Assembly: GCF_001194135.2 (NCBI RefSeq)
Contig: NC_068984.1
Location: forward strand, 38,190,617 to 38,254,616
Length of the DNA: 64,000 nt
Source: Octopus bimaculoides
Lineage: Eukaryota
Reading direction: 5' to 3'
In this document: positions 12,076 through 24,474 of the stretch, in pieces
Layout: each line of letters starts with the position of its first letter
Numbering within the stretch: the first letter of the stretch is position 1
Notes under the pieces: model-generated
What the model was told of the DNA's origin: nothing
The model's input: the letters and a program-made list of their open reading frames with translations, nothing else
Database searches by the model: none
Translations under genes and position numbers: made by a program

Positions 12076-12873
12076 AATAGAGAGAGCCTGTAGGTGCACT
12101 TAACTTGGACAGAGCTAGTAACTATTCGGAGAGATGACTTTAGCTTTAGTTCAAAGTGGTCTAGATGAACTATCGTCAGAGAGTGAGTCCTGACATTTGT
12201 AGAGACTAGATGTGAGCGAGTTTATTAAAGCGGTTGTCGTTGAAGCACCAGATCATTCCTGATCAAGTAGAACTATGATCACAAAGCATTCCAACCATAA
12301 CCATCCCGTCTTTGTACTAGTATATAGGACTACATTATGTAATAAGGAATATTTAGTTGACATTTCTAACAAGTCGGAAAACCTAGTTCGGTAGACAGTG
12401 CTGTTCATCACCTAAATCTTGTGACTATATAAAAGTTCCTTCACAGACTAAACAAATGCTTTAGAAGTTAACATTGCTAAACCGGTGTTACTGTTAACAT
12501 GGCTATAACTGGTGCACACTGCGAGCTGAAACCGTAATCCTTGTTTAATTTACGTTAGATGATCCCATAATAACAGATGAATATACATACATTTTGTTTC
12601 TCCAATAAATCTAAATTCAGATCGAGGTTAGCCTTGCATTCTGTATATGGACGAACCAAACACTTTAAAATCTAACGACCCAGTTCACTTAACTGTAAAT
12701 AGATGCCACAACTACAGTTCATCATTTTATGAATCAACAACTCTGTATTGGGGATATCTTGGAGTTTGCAATCCTATAGGTTATAGGCAGAGTCGACTTT
12801 AGTTGAAGTGGGGCTCTAGGTTATTTCACCTGTTAGGTCCCTCCCAATCCCCACCCTCACAACTAGAATTATA

Positions 12874-13031
12874 GGTAATTTTTCAGATTAACACCCGCAC
12901 GATTACCTAACCCTAAACCCTTACCCTAACTCTGACCATAAAACCGTAACCCTAACACTAACCCTAAACCTAAAACCGTAACCCTAACACCCTAGTGAAA
13001 ATCGTGCGGGTGTTAATCTGAAAAAATTACC
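12874..13031. mobile_element. 158-bp MITE with 31/32-bp TIRs, 8-bp TSD and internal telomere-like (CCCTAA) repeats; Merlin- or hAT-like
   Basis: Left TIR GGTAATTTTTCAGATTAACACCCGCACGATT (12874-12904); right TIR 13000-13031 is its reverse complement with one extra A; TSD GAATTATA at 12866-12873 and 13032-13039. Confidence 0.9.
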
Positions 13032-15380
13032 GAATTATATTATACACCTTGGCCAGAATACTCTGACTTCTGTCAGCTGGCCAAACTTAGAGGTAAACTC
13101 ACCAATGGTTAAAGGACACACTATGATAAATCCTAAGCATTGTTGACAATATAGAAGTGAAGTGAGTTCTCAACGAGCAGAGGATTCGAATCGGTTCTCA
13201 TCTTATTTTACTTAAATCGCTGTTTAGGCTCAAACCCGTCTTGATCAAGCAGACCTATGGTCAAAAGCACTCCAATTGTGACTATCTGGTGTTTGTTTTT
13301 AATACATATAATATATATAGGATTATGTCGTTACTATATTATTCAACGTACTTTTCTTTGAAGATAGTGATTTGGAAGAGATCTTACTGCTATTTCTTTT
13401 AGCTCTAGCGACCACGTAGATCTTCTACACTGGCTCGTTGATATCGCCGATGTTCTTTAGAAAGGTACTAACATCACATAATCTTATTTTCTATACACTG
13501 CACACCTAAACCCTTGTATTAATGTAACTAATCGATAATGCTATTAGAAATTGCTCAGCTGATAATAAAACTATAAAAGAACGCGAACAAAAACAGGTTC
13601 GTCGAACTGGCTTAGTACAAAAGTACCCACTACAAGCTGTACGGCTAGTACCAAACAAGTTAAGGAACCAACCTTCACTTCACTCTGTTTCCTCCCCCAT
13701 GTGACAACCGTTTATGAAAAGCTCTTTCATCAAGAATTTTAGACACTGGCTAAATTTCAATATAAATCGATCAATTATTAATTTATTATTATATTTTAAT
13801 TAACTGTTTAATCTTGTATATTGTTTTCAATCAACGCCACAAATATCACTGCTGCTCTCTAAACACCGCCATCGTCTCCTCACCGTCATCATCATCATTG
13901 TCGCCATCAACGTCGTCGTCACAACCACAACAACAACGATCGCGAAGACGACCGTTGTCGCTTCTATAGCGAGCATTACAATAGCCGGCAATGTCTCTGA
14001 CAACACCAATCATGCAGTCACGCTGCTAGCACTATAGCTATCATTCATAACGCGCACGTTCTCTCTGTCTTCCCCCCCCCTTCTCTCTCTCTCTCTCACA
14101 CACACACACAACACACACGTACATACAAACCGCCTCATTTACCATTGTTGATCGATAGATCTAGATGAAATAGATCCCTGTTAGAAACAGCAGACGTACC
14201 TCCTTCGAACTACACTTTATCGTCTTAAATAAAGGACACGGCTAATTGTACTCCTAAACACTGTCTTAAAGTGACGGCATGTTCACGATTGGATGGCTTT
14301 TGTTTGTCTTGTTAAGCAAGTAGAACATTCTTTGGTGATGATGTGTATAAGACCGAAGCGTATAATTTGCTTTCGCCAGTTGTGTTCCACCTGGGGCAAG
14401 TGCTTTGCAGTAGGGCTTTTCTCGCGCGACGTACACGGCATTCAGAGAAATACAAATTATTAAATATCTAAGCTGTAAACCTTGAACATTTACAAGAATT
14501 ATATTGATTAATTTTTCGCAGTAAAGTTTGACTACCCAGGCAAGTATTAAACAAAATATTTTTTCACCGGAAATGTATTTTCAAGTTTTAAAGAGGATCC
14601 AAAAAGTGTGACGTATGTGACATCGCACAAAATAACATTTTTTATCACCTGAAAAATATTAACTGCTAATTCCTCTGAATTTCTCCAGAGGAGCATAAAA
14701 AGTCTCATTGGCCTTGTAATTTCAAAAACTGCTAATGGAATTTTCTGGACAACAATGTCTGCCGTCACAATTCTCATTTACCTGGCGTAACGTGCTAACA
14801 AAAATGGCTGTGACGTTTTCAAGGAAGAACTGGTCCCATTATCGATATCTAGTGGAAAATTAACCACTTCAACATACCATTATAGGATTATGATGATTCT
14901 TCTGAGCATTCTTTTTTGAAAACCTGATTTGGTTTAACTTTTTTTTACTATGGAAAGCAGATATATCCGTTCAGAATTTCGTTACCCTTAATTGCGAAAG
15001 CAGTTTTATATACCAATCTATCCTTTTGAGGAATATCATGTTTGAAATTATTTTCTGTAGAAATATGTCGAGTTTATTGAGCCAACGTGACTTATAGGAA
15101 ATACCAATTCTATTTTTTGGTTGATATCTAACATCATTACTAATATGAAATTTAATTTCGCAGTGAAAAGGTTAACTTTCATGAGAGTAGCTCAGTAAGG
15201 CTGGGCGATCGCACGGGACGCTAAAATCAGGTGGGAGCGTCACAGATAGCTTATACATCCAATTAAAAACACGGATGTTTCGTAATAAAGATATCAGGTG
15301 AAGTCATTCCTGGAACAAAGAAGAACGAAGGAGGATGTGGGTGGACATCGTGTGATGTATGACCAATCAGCTGATTTGGC

Positions 15381-15690
15381 ATGTTTCGTGTGGCTAAGAA
15401 GCTCGCCTTGAGCTATGTGGTCTCGAGTTCAATCTCACTGCACAGCACTTTGGGCAAGTATCTTCTACTATACTCCCGGGTCGACCAATACCTTGTAAAT
15501 GAATTTGGCAGACAGAAACTGCGTGGAAGCCCGTTGTACATACGCACACACATACGTGTGTGTTTGTCCCCATTCCGCTTGACAAACGGTATTAGTTTAG
15601 TCCCCGTAACACAGTGCTTCGGTAAAAGAGGTCGATAAAATAAGTTCCAGACTTTAAAAATGGGTATAGGGATCGATGTGCTCAACTAAA
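15381..15690 (+). mobile_element. tRNA/CORE SINE family B copy
   Basis: GTGTGGCTAAGAAGCTCGC, B-box GAGTTCAATCTC, CORE-like ACTTTGGGCAAGT, GTCCCCGTAAC tail motif. Confidence 0.75.
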
Positions 15691-17839
15691 CATACTATAC
15701 AGTGCTTCAGCATGGCCTCAGTTCAATCGTGGAAACAAAGAAGATAAGAGAGCTACTTCTTTTCTTTTTCTTTTTTTACTTGCCTTATCTAAAAGAAGGG
15801 GTAGTGTTCATGACCTTTGCTGGCCCTCAAATGTGATAAAGAGGCAAAAAGGTATCCTGAAACCAGAGTGGGCTCCGCTAAAAGCATCCAAAGTGCCAAG
15901 TAGTGGCGTTAAATCGGCCGACGAATTATGTCTACCATCTAAAAGCCACGACGATATTTGAACTCATGACGCAAAGAGCCGAAACAAATATTGACGTTCT
16001 CAAAGTCCCGTCAATCCACTGCTGTGGACTTGTATGTTTCTATCTTAAATACTCTGAAAGGATGAAAAGCGAAGTTAACTTTAGTAGGATTTGAACTCGG
16101 AGCAAATACAGTGAAACATTCAAGCCGATGCATTAACAACTCTGCCAATTCGCCGCCTCGATAATATGACAGGACATATTTTTCGGCTTTTTTCTCAGCT
16201 GGTATAATACTGATGATGGTTGGAGGATGTAAAAAACAATTGGAGACGGCTCATTGTAGAACTAGGAGAACGGGAATTATTGTGTAAAGCTAGGAACAGA
16301 AGCGCACTTTGCAAGAATTGCCTTTTGGCGCTGAATATCCTGCTCCCATCTGCATGGCCCATATTTTCGAAAAATTTCGATAAAGTGATCTTATATCTTG
16401 CTTGTTGTTTTAGATTACAAATATCGAATGAATGCTTCTGTCTTCTGTTTGCACATATAGTTTCAGTTATTCAAAAATTTTAAACTAATATATGTGTCAT
16501 TATGTTTATTTGTATTTACTTGACAACATTTTCATCGGGTATTATTTTCCTTCGGTTTTAATTGCGCTGCTAAAACATCACACCCTTTCACGTCTTTTGC
16601 TCTTGTCTCTTTATACTTGTAATTGTATAGATGAATGAAGACGGTCAGACACACACACACACACAGGTACTGGTATAAATGGAAGAACCACAATTTAAGG
16701 TTAAGTACTCACTAAGACCCGTAAAGAACAAACATTTGCTCGTTCAGATAATAACACAGACAGTTGTGCTGTTTCTTAACTCAAAAGACTATCCCTGTCG
16801 TGTAGCCGGTTTTTCAAGAAAAATACTATGTCAACTCCTAATTCTGTTGCAGTGAGAGACCGGCCGCTCGCGCACGCATATCATATATACATATCTATCT
16901 CCCTCTGTGTGTGTGTAATACTATCGCTTTCTTCCGCAGTTTTCATCTGCTGAATTCCCGAGACTTAGCCAAAGTGTCACACAGAAGGATCAAACCTGGA
17001 ACCATGTGGTTACAAAACCAACTTTTTAATCACATAGCTATGCAATATGTATGGATAGAATGCAAGCATATACCGTATAGTCTTCGAAGTGATGACTAAC
17101 ACACAGAGACGTGCAAGCTAAATATTTATCCTACGAATTAGTGCGTTAAATCTGGTCAGTTAATGAAACCTATATCATCAGTATTGGCCTGATTAACATG
17201 TGATCAGCTTTATCGATTAAATGTAGATGGGAATAAAAGCTGGTGTGCTAAAGTGCTTAAGTGTTTTAGCGAAAGTGAAACGAAGAGAAAGATTTAAGTT
17301 GCATTAGATTCAGAATCGAAATAACGTTGCTGGCTTTGATCGCTGGGAGGTCAGCTTTTACTCTATAGCGATCAACAGGCGCACGCGCGCGAGCACACAC
17401 ACACACGCATTTTTTTCCTGCATTCTCTTTCTCTTTTTCTTTCCGTAACGTGTATGTGTACACGTGTGTATAAATATACATGTATGTATATGTATCTATG
17501 GTATTTGTGTATACCTGCCATACCTGCATACATACATATGCGTGTGTGTGTGTGTGTGTATAGGTCTGGTAGTATAATCATTGAGAAAATTAAAGGAAAA
17601 GAATTCACTTCATAACGTAGAGTATAGTTTATATTTGTTCTCTACAGCATACTACTCATTCGAGTATATGTATGTTTATATGCGTGTGAGTGTGTCTTAT
17701 TGAAACAACGTGTGGTGAATGTTCTAAGATAGACATGAATATCATTTTGAATAAAAATGTCATGTTTAAATTGCAGTACAGAAGCTTCGAATCAGAGGAA
17801 ATTGTAAAACAAAAATGGCAAATACAGACATCCATACAT

Positions 17840-17888
<49 letters not shown>

Positions 17889-17906
17889 GACAAAATGGAA
17901 ACTTAC

Positions 17907-18100
17907 TTTCTCACTTTTTTATGATTGGTAACAACGATTCGGCGATTGAAGAAATTTCCTTGTCTCCTAAGTTCAATGAATGATAATGAATAAGAGTAGA
18001 GGTTAGTAAGAACGTTTGTAAATGTTGTATGAGTGTGCGCGTGTGATATACTATTTTCTTTAGTTGGAGATTTCTTCCAGTAATATATATAAATACACAA
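17907..18100 (-). other. Possible minus-strand upstream (5'UTR) exon; only the donor is defined
   Basis: Strong donor GAAA|GTAAGT at 17907/17906 in TE-free CpG-rich sequence. The start coordinate is arbitrary. Confidence 0.25.
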
Positions 18101-19820
18101 AAATTTACTCGTATAAATATACTTGAATGTAATGTGTATGTATTGAACGCGTGTTTGTATTAGAAAAGTGTATTGTCAGAAAAAGGAAAGCGTGAGAGGT
18201 TATGGATAGCTTAAAGTGAAAATGAAAGTATATTCGAAGTGTGACGACCAGTTCCAGACTTCTTGTTTTTTTTTTTTTTTTAGATTCTGTCGCTTTCGAC
18301 TCTTCGGAAATCACGAAATTTTCACATGTCCAGAAGACAGATCAGTCAATAAATCTCCCGTAATGTATTCTGGAGTGTCCCATCTATACTGACGTTATGT
18401 GGTTAGTAGCACTACGTGGACTGGTATTTCCTCTCTAAACTGCATGGCTATCAACTTCATCATTGTTGATGTAGGAATTCCGTCGTTCATAAAAAAAATA
18501 ACTTGACCGAATATTCCGAGGCTAACACAAATCGATTAGCTTATCCTATATTGTTGTCAATATCATATCGAACATGATGACGTGATGGGTCTTGTATGGC
18601 TATAAAGACTCTCTGGAAAGAGTTGTATTACAACTCTACAAGTAGTTCTAATTAAACGCTGTTTCTTAGTCTTCTTGAGCAACAGCTATGAAAATACACT
18701 TTGATGTATTCAGCTGTTTATATATATATATAAATATATAAAAGAGTATCTAGCAAAACCGATTGTTAATTATATAATTAAATCGAAGTGGCAGTTTCAC
18801 AGAGGCAAATACGATGATACCGTAAAAGTGAGGCTGGAAGCTGATGACGTTGGTTATCTCTTTATATAGTAGTAATTTCCATTCATATATTTCGTCATTC
18901 ACAAAAAGAAAAGAAAAAGAGCAGAGAAAGAAAGAAAGAAAGTAAAATTGCTAATTTTGGCGCCAGAACTATTTTCATCCGGTAGCATCTTTACTGAATA
19001 TCGAAAGTAAAAAAGTATTATATTACTAATTTATTCGATCTTCTCTTAGGGATTTTCAGTAAAATAATTTGTTTCCCTTTTTTTTCTCATTCCCCTCACC
19101 CACTCCCTCTGAATATATGAAGAAAGAATACTTCCATGTATGAATATATACATACGTATATGCATATATTATATACACAGATATGTATATATATGTTTGT
19201 GTACTTATAAATGTGTGTATATGTATGTTGATATGCATGTATATAGGTACATGTGTGTATATATATGTATGTGTATATATATATGTATATATATATATAT
19301 ATGCTTGTATGTATGTATAGTGTTGATTTCATAAGAATTTAGAAGCTTCAATAGGGTTGAATCCCTGGTGTTGAGGGAAGAATGGATTTCAGAAAAACCT
19401 ACCATAACGTGAAATTTACCACTCTTGTAAAAGGCTCTTAGTCATCCCTGTCTTCTTATTTAAAACCAAATGAGATGCAAATTAAGCTTTGCATAACCTG
19501 TAAGGTCCTTAGATTTCTGAAATGATACGCAAGTTGGGGGCATTAATTCCCTATTATCAGTTGTATTTCCTCCCAGAAGAAACATCAGATGATTTTTTAG
19601 AGGCATTAAATCCTGGTTATGTTTTTTTTTCTTTTCCAAAGAATAAAAATTCTAGCAGGCATAAGTTTCTAGAAAAGTGCAGACTGTGTCTTCAATTAGT
19701 GGTCATACCTTATTCTCATAAGCACAAAATCCCATCGTAATCTGAGGAAGCCTGTGTGTGTGTGTGTGTGTGTAGATAGATAGATAGATAGATAGATAGA
19801 TATATTATATATATATATAT

Positions 19821-20550
19821 AATAATTAAGATTCAGTTGAATTAGGTACTTAAATTGAGACACCAAGCCAGTTTGATATTGTCTGTGCAGCTCGAAGTTA
19901 GGTGAATAAAAGGCAAATAAATAACAAGGATGTTCAGGTATGCATTTATACCTGGACATCTTTGTTACTTATTTGCCTTATATATATATATATATATATC
20001 GTTGCCAGGGCCCCTGGGCTGGCTCTTGTGCAGGTGGCACATAAGATGTACCATCCTGAGCGTGACTGTTGCCAGTACTGCCTGACTGGCCTTGTAGGGT
20101 TTTCGAGCGAGATCGTTGCCAGTGCCCCTGGACTGGCTCTTGTGCGGGTGGCACATAAAAGACACCATTTCGAGCATGGCCGTTTTCATGCGGGTGACAC
20201 GTAAAAGCACCCACTACACTCTCTGAGTGGTTGGCATTAGGAAGGGCATCCAGCTGTAGAAACTCTGCCAAATTAGATTGGAGCTTGGTGTAGTCATCTG
20301 GTTGCACCAGTCCTCAGTCAAATCGTCCAACCCATGCTAGCATGGAAAGCGGACGTTAAACGATGATGATGATGATGATGATGATATATATAAGGCAAAT
20401 AAGTAACAAGGACGTCCAGGTATGCATTTATACCTGGACATCCTTGTTATTTATTTGCCTTTTATTCACCTAACTTCGAGCTGCACAGACGATATCAAAC
20501 TGGCTTGGTGCCTCAATTTAAGTACCTAATTCAACTGAATCTTAATTATT
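19821..20550. repeat. Nested foldback element: 159-bp inverted arms (19821-19979, 20392-20550), each containing a 70-nt hairpin, with a family A insertion in the centre
   Basis: Arm 2 is the reverse complement of arm 1 with 5 substitutions, except that the 6-nt loop GCATTT reads the same way in both (19942-19947, 20424-20429). Flanked and centred on (TA)n. Confidence 0.9.
20001..20385 (+). mobile_element. Young family A copy with 5' tandem hairpin units
   Basis: Near-identical to 1-284; ends (GAT)n; inserted in the (TA)n between the foldback arms. Confidence 0.9.
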
Positions 20551-20696
20551 ATATATATATATATACACACACACAAAGGGGATCTTCACTTTTAGGACAT
20601 CAATTTCACTCTAAGTTTTTTTTCTTAATCCGTAGGTAATATCAGTTCATATGGTGGCCTGCAAAGTATATATATTGATATATACATTGACACCTA

Positions 20697-21935
20697 CAGG
20701 GTGTTCAGGTTAAATTTGATTAATGATTTTTGTCTCCTTTTTTTTTTTTTTCAAGAACATCTTGATGTATTGGTGAACTGTCAACAGTGTTAGAGAACAT
20801 AAAGATTAAAGTTGTAGTTAAGCTAAAATTACTTGACACAGAGGACTGGAAGCCATTTAAATATTGGAAAACAGTTACCTGTATCATGATGATCTGCACT
20901 AGGCATCAAAATGCCAACATCATGACTGCTACTCAATGCTCTGTGAACCATTGTAAAGGTTGTAAGACTTGACATGGACAGTTGTAACAGAGACTATGAA
21001 GCTGTGGCCAGCTGGAAGGGACAGAGCAGGTATTGATTGTGTCCACATGCCTGAATTCATCCAACAACTGCAGGACAAGGGGAAAGAAGGTCCAAGCAAG
21101 AGAATCTGAGCTTTAGCAAGAGAGATGGGTGTTGGAGTGACCACCATGAAGCTGACTCTGAATGAGGACTTTTAGTACCACTTATACAAGAGGTACAAGG
21201 AACAAATTCTGACAGTCAAGGTCAAGGAGATTCGCTTGGCAGAGGTGAAGAAGCTCCTAAACAAGCTAAGGCATCCTGTTGAAAAGGAGATGATCTGGTT
21301 CTTCTCAGATGAAAGGAACTTCTGCCAGGACCAGTTGAACAACACCCACATCAATAGATGGTTGGCCTACATATCATGAAAATCAAGTTTCTCCAAACTG
21401 TGATAATCTTTTGGGTGAGAGTGATATTTGAACAGACCTTAGGTTCAACTCAGACAGCTATATGAAGATCCTGGAGACTGTGGTCAAACCCTTGTTAGAC
21501 AGGATTGCTACTGGTAGGCCATATGTGTGACAGCAGGATTCGACCCCTTGCCATAACTGGGAGAAAAATCAGAAGCAGTTATCTACAACTTCACCAGTCC
21601 CAATTTCTGGCCTCCTAATTCCCCTGATTGTATCTCATGGGATAATATGTGCTGGGAACGGTTGAGAAAGAGACCAACTGCTCAGCCTGCAACACCAAGG
21701 CTGAGTTGGTGGTCAAGACCAAGGATGTATTTGAAGAATGCATATGCCAGGTTCTGGAGCCATTTTGAGACCATGGTGGAAGCCGAAGGCAGTACTTTGA
21801 GTAAAGTGTTATCTCCCAGCCATAATGTAGTTGATATTTTCTTTTTGAATTTTTCAAAATACTTTTATTTTTGGATGGAATATTGTGTTTTCTTTTCCTT
21901 TTATGCAAACTGTCAAATTTAGCCGAAACACCCTG
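20697..21935 (+). mobile_element. Near full-length decayed Tc1/mariner element, maT/DD37D-like (1239 bp)
   Basis: TIRs CAGGGTGTTCAGGTTAAATTTGA (20697-20719) and TCAAATTTAGCCGAAACACCCTG (21913-21935), TA on the left. Transposase motifs IWFFSDERNF, QQDSTPCH and FWPPNSPDC, with stops and frameshifts. Exact D-D spacing cannot be counted because of a deletion. Confidence 0.9.
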
Positions 21936-22060
21936 TGTATATATACCCATATATACTTATACGTATACTGTCTGACTCATATGTGTATGGAAAAGTGGAC
22001 GTTAAATGATACTGAGGCTGACTGATATGTGTGTGTGTGTATGTATGTATGTATGTATGC

Positions 22061-22524
22061 NNNNNNNNNNNNNNNNNNNNNNNNNNNNNNNNNNNNNNNN
22101 NNNNNNNNNNNNNNNNNNNNNNNNNNNNNNNNNNNNNNNNNNNNNNNNNNNNNNNNNNNNNNNNNNNNNNNNNNNNNNNNNNNNNNNNNNNNNNNNNNNN
22201 NNNNNNNNNNNNNNNNNNNNNNNNNNNNNNNNNNNNNNNNNNNNNNNNNNNNNNNNNNNNNNNNNNNNNNNNNNNNNNNNNNNNNNNNNNNNNNNNNNNN
22301 NNNNNNNNNNNNNNNNNNNNNNNNNNNNNNNNNNNNNNNNNNNNNNNNNNNNNNNNNNNNNNNNNNNNNNNNNNNNNNNNNNNNNNNNNNNNNNNNNNNN
22401 NNNNNNNNNNNNNNNNNNNNNNNNNNNNNNNNNNNNNNNNNNNNNNNNNNNNNNNNNNNNNNNNNNNNNNNNNNNNNNNNNNNNNNNNNNNNNNNNNNNN
22501 NNNNNNNNNNNNNNNNNNNNNNNN
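22061..22524. other. Assembly gap (464 N)
   Basis: Run of n flanked by (TG)/(TATG) and GA-rich repeats. Confidence 1.
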
Positions 22525-22789
22525 GAGGGAGGGAAAGAGAGAGAAGGGGGATCCTCCTTCCTATTTACCATTCATTTATTTATTTATTTAGTCTTTTACC
22601 ATTGTATTGGAATGTGTTTAAGGATGGTGACCTCTGCAAAAAAAAAAAAATCTTTTTGCTTTTTGCTTTATTTCTCTCTTTCCCTCATTTTCTCCCTCTT
22701 TCTTTCTTTTTTCCTCTTTCTTTCTTTTTTCCTCTTTCTTTCTTTTTCTCCTCTTTGAGTTATATTTAGAATACAGAATGTCTTCCCTT

Positions 22790-23900
22790 TCTTTCAAACA
22801 TTCAATTTTGGAGAGAATTTTTTTTGATGAAATATAGTTCTGCATGAAAAAACATTAGTATAAATTTACAAATTAAAAATTTTTTAAATAAATAAAATAA
22901 AAAATACATATGTACATATATACATAAAGCTAGAACATCCCAATGCTACACATATATGTACCTGAACATTTGTAGAGATGAGCCACATTTGGAATAAAAA
23001 ATGCAAATTCTCTGCTTTACCTTAAAACATTAAATTTTGGAGAGAATCCCTTGATGAAGGGTGTGTGTGCGCGCGCGCGTGTGTGTGTGTGTGTGCGTGT
23101 GTTTTGGAACATGTCCATGTTTATGCTGTGTAACAGCATTAGAGAACATTAGTATAACACTTACAAACTAGAGAAACATGCAAAGCTCAGAACATCTCAA
23201 TACCACATATACACACCTAAGTATTTACAGAGATGAGCATTATGTTTCCGACATTTGAGTTCTATTTAAAATACAAAATGTACTGTCTCCGCTTTTCTTT
23301 CAAACATTCAATTTTGGAGAGAATTTTTGATGAAATGTAGTTCCATTGCTTTTTGGTATTGCGGATCATCCCATACACATTTGTAAAAGGGAAAAATTTT
23401 GAATTTTCCATCGCTGCATATCTCCAGATGCTTACTTAATGGAATCTTGTGTAATTCCTCTTGACGGATATGTTGCCTGTGGATTCTTGCATGTTGGCAG
23501 AGGGAATTATTTGTTTCACCAATGTAATTTTCTTTGCGGTTTGGGTAGGTAATGCAGTATGTGAGGTTTTGCCTTTTGCAGTTCATATCTGCATTTATTT
23601 TGACAAGGGATCCGCTCTTGAATTTTATGTGGGAACCATTTTCCAAGTTTTTGAAGTTGTTGATGTTGTTGTATGTTCCACATCTCCTACCTCCGTATTC
23701 TTTTACTAAGAATTCTAATTCATTATATGGTTTGAATTCTGCCTGTGTGAGGTGTTTTTAAGATTTTTTAGTTGGCATCTGCTATTCCATAAGGTGATCT
23801 TTTCAATCAGATTTTTCAATTTGGGGTTTTGTAAGAATATAAGTAAGTTCGATTTTATGGCATGAAAGATGTTGGTTATTCCAGGACTGTGTGAGTTAAT
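22790..23900 (-). mobile_element. Penelope-like element (PLE) 3' fragment: linker, GIY-YIG endonuclease and tandem 3'-end repeats
   Basis: Minus-strand NIFHAIKSNL...KLKNLI, GRRCGT, LTYCITYPNRKENYIGETNNSL, PLSKHL, FKIFPFYKC, and ORF end FIK(K)FSPKLNV*. The ORF-end motif recurs at 22796, 23025 and 23302. Confidence 0.85.
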
Positions 23901-24090
23901 AAAAAATCAAAGGTAATTTATTTATACAAAATTCAATATCCACTAAATAATCATACTTTTTCACATTTTTTTTCACTAAAAACCTTCCTGATTACCTTCT
24001 TCATAATCCAAAAAAACACCATGATCATTGGTCCAGCTGTTTGACTGTGAAGTGGGAACAGACAGACAGATGGACATAACACTTATTCTT
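23900..24090 (+). mobile_element. Possible Helitron/DINE-like non-autonomous fragment
   Basis: CATTGGTCCAGCTGTTTGACTGTGAAGTGGGAACAGACAGACAGATGGACA resembles the 3' half of such elements (recollection only). Confidence 0.3.
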
Positions 24091-24474
24091 TCTTATCCAT
24101 TTCCACACTTCTCAATAATAAACACTACATTTTCATGAGAAAGCATAGAGTTTATTACAGGCTATAGGTATTTATGGGAAGTTAAATATGAAAATTTATG
24201 AACTGTAAATGATTTTCTTTCAAATAATTCTGTTCTTGCTCTGTCATTGTATAATCTGGCTGTTATTTGTTTTTAAATCTGATAATACACATACAGAAAC
24301 AAAGATTTATCATGTCAAAGTAGCCTAAATTTTATGCATTTATTTTTGAGTAATACTTATGCTAGACAGTGCATACTTTGGCAATAATCACTGTATGCAA
24401 CACAGCAATGTTTATCCAGCAATTTTTGTTGATATTTCAGTGACTAACCATCTTTCAGACTTGTATTTTATATT

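Larger units (their letters stand above)
6500..19100. promoter_or_regulatory. CpG-retaining (putatively unmethylated) domain, probably promoter/5' or intergenic region
   Basis: CG dinucleotides are visibly abundant here, including in old diverged SINE copies, and scarce in 0.3-6.4 kb and most of 20.5-62 kb. Judged by eye, not counted. Confidence 0.55.

Noticed and set aside
12905-12999. True telomere or chromosome-fusion scar
   Set aside because: Short, degenerate and enclosed by TIRs with a TSD, so it is part of a transposon.
14547-14777. Minus-strand 76-aa ORF in the CpG domain
   Set aside because: No start ATG context, splice support or recognisable domain.
22002-22769. Long ORFs of 186-250 aa (also at 39576-40674, 48467-49085, 53224-53776)
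   Set aside because: They consist mostly of X from N-gaps plus microsatellite translation.
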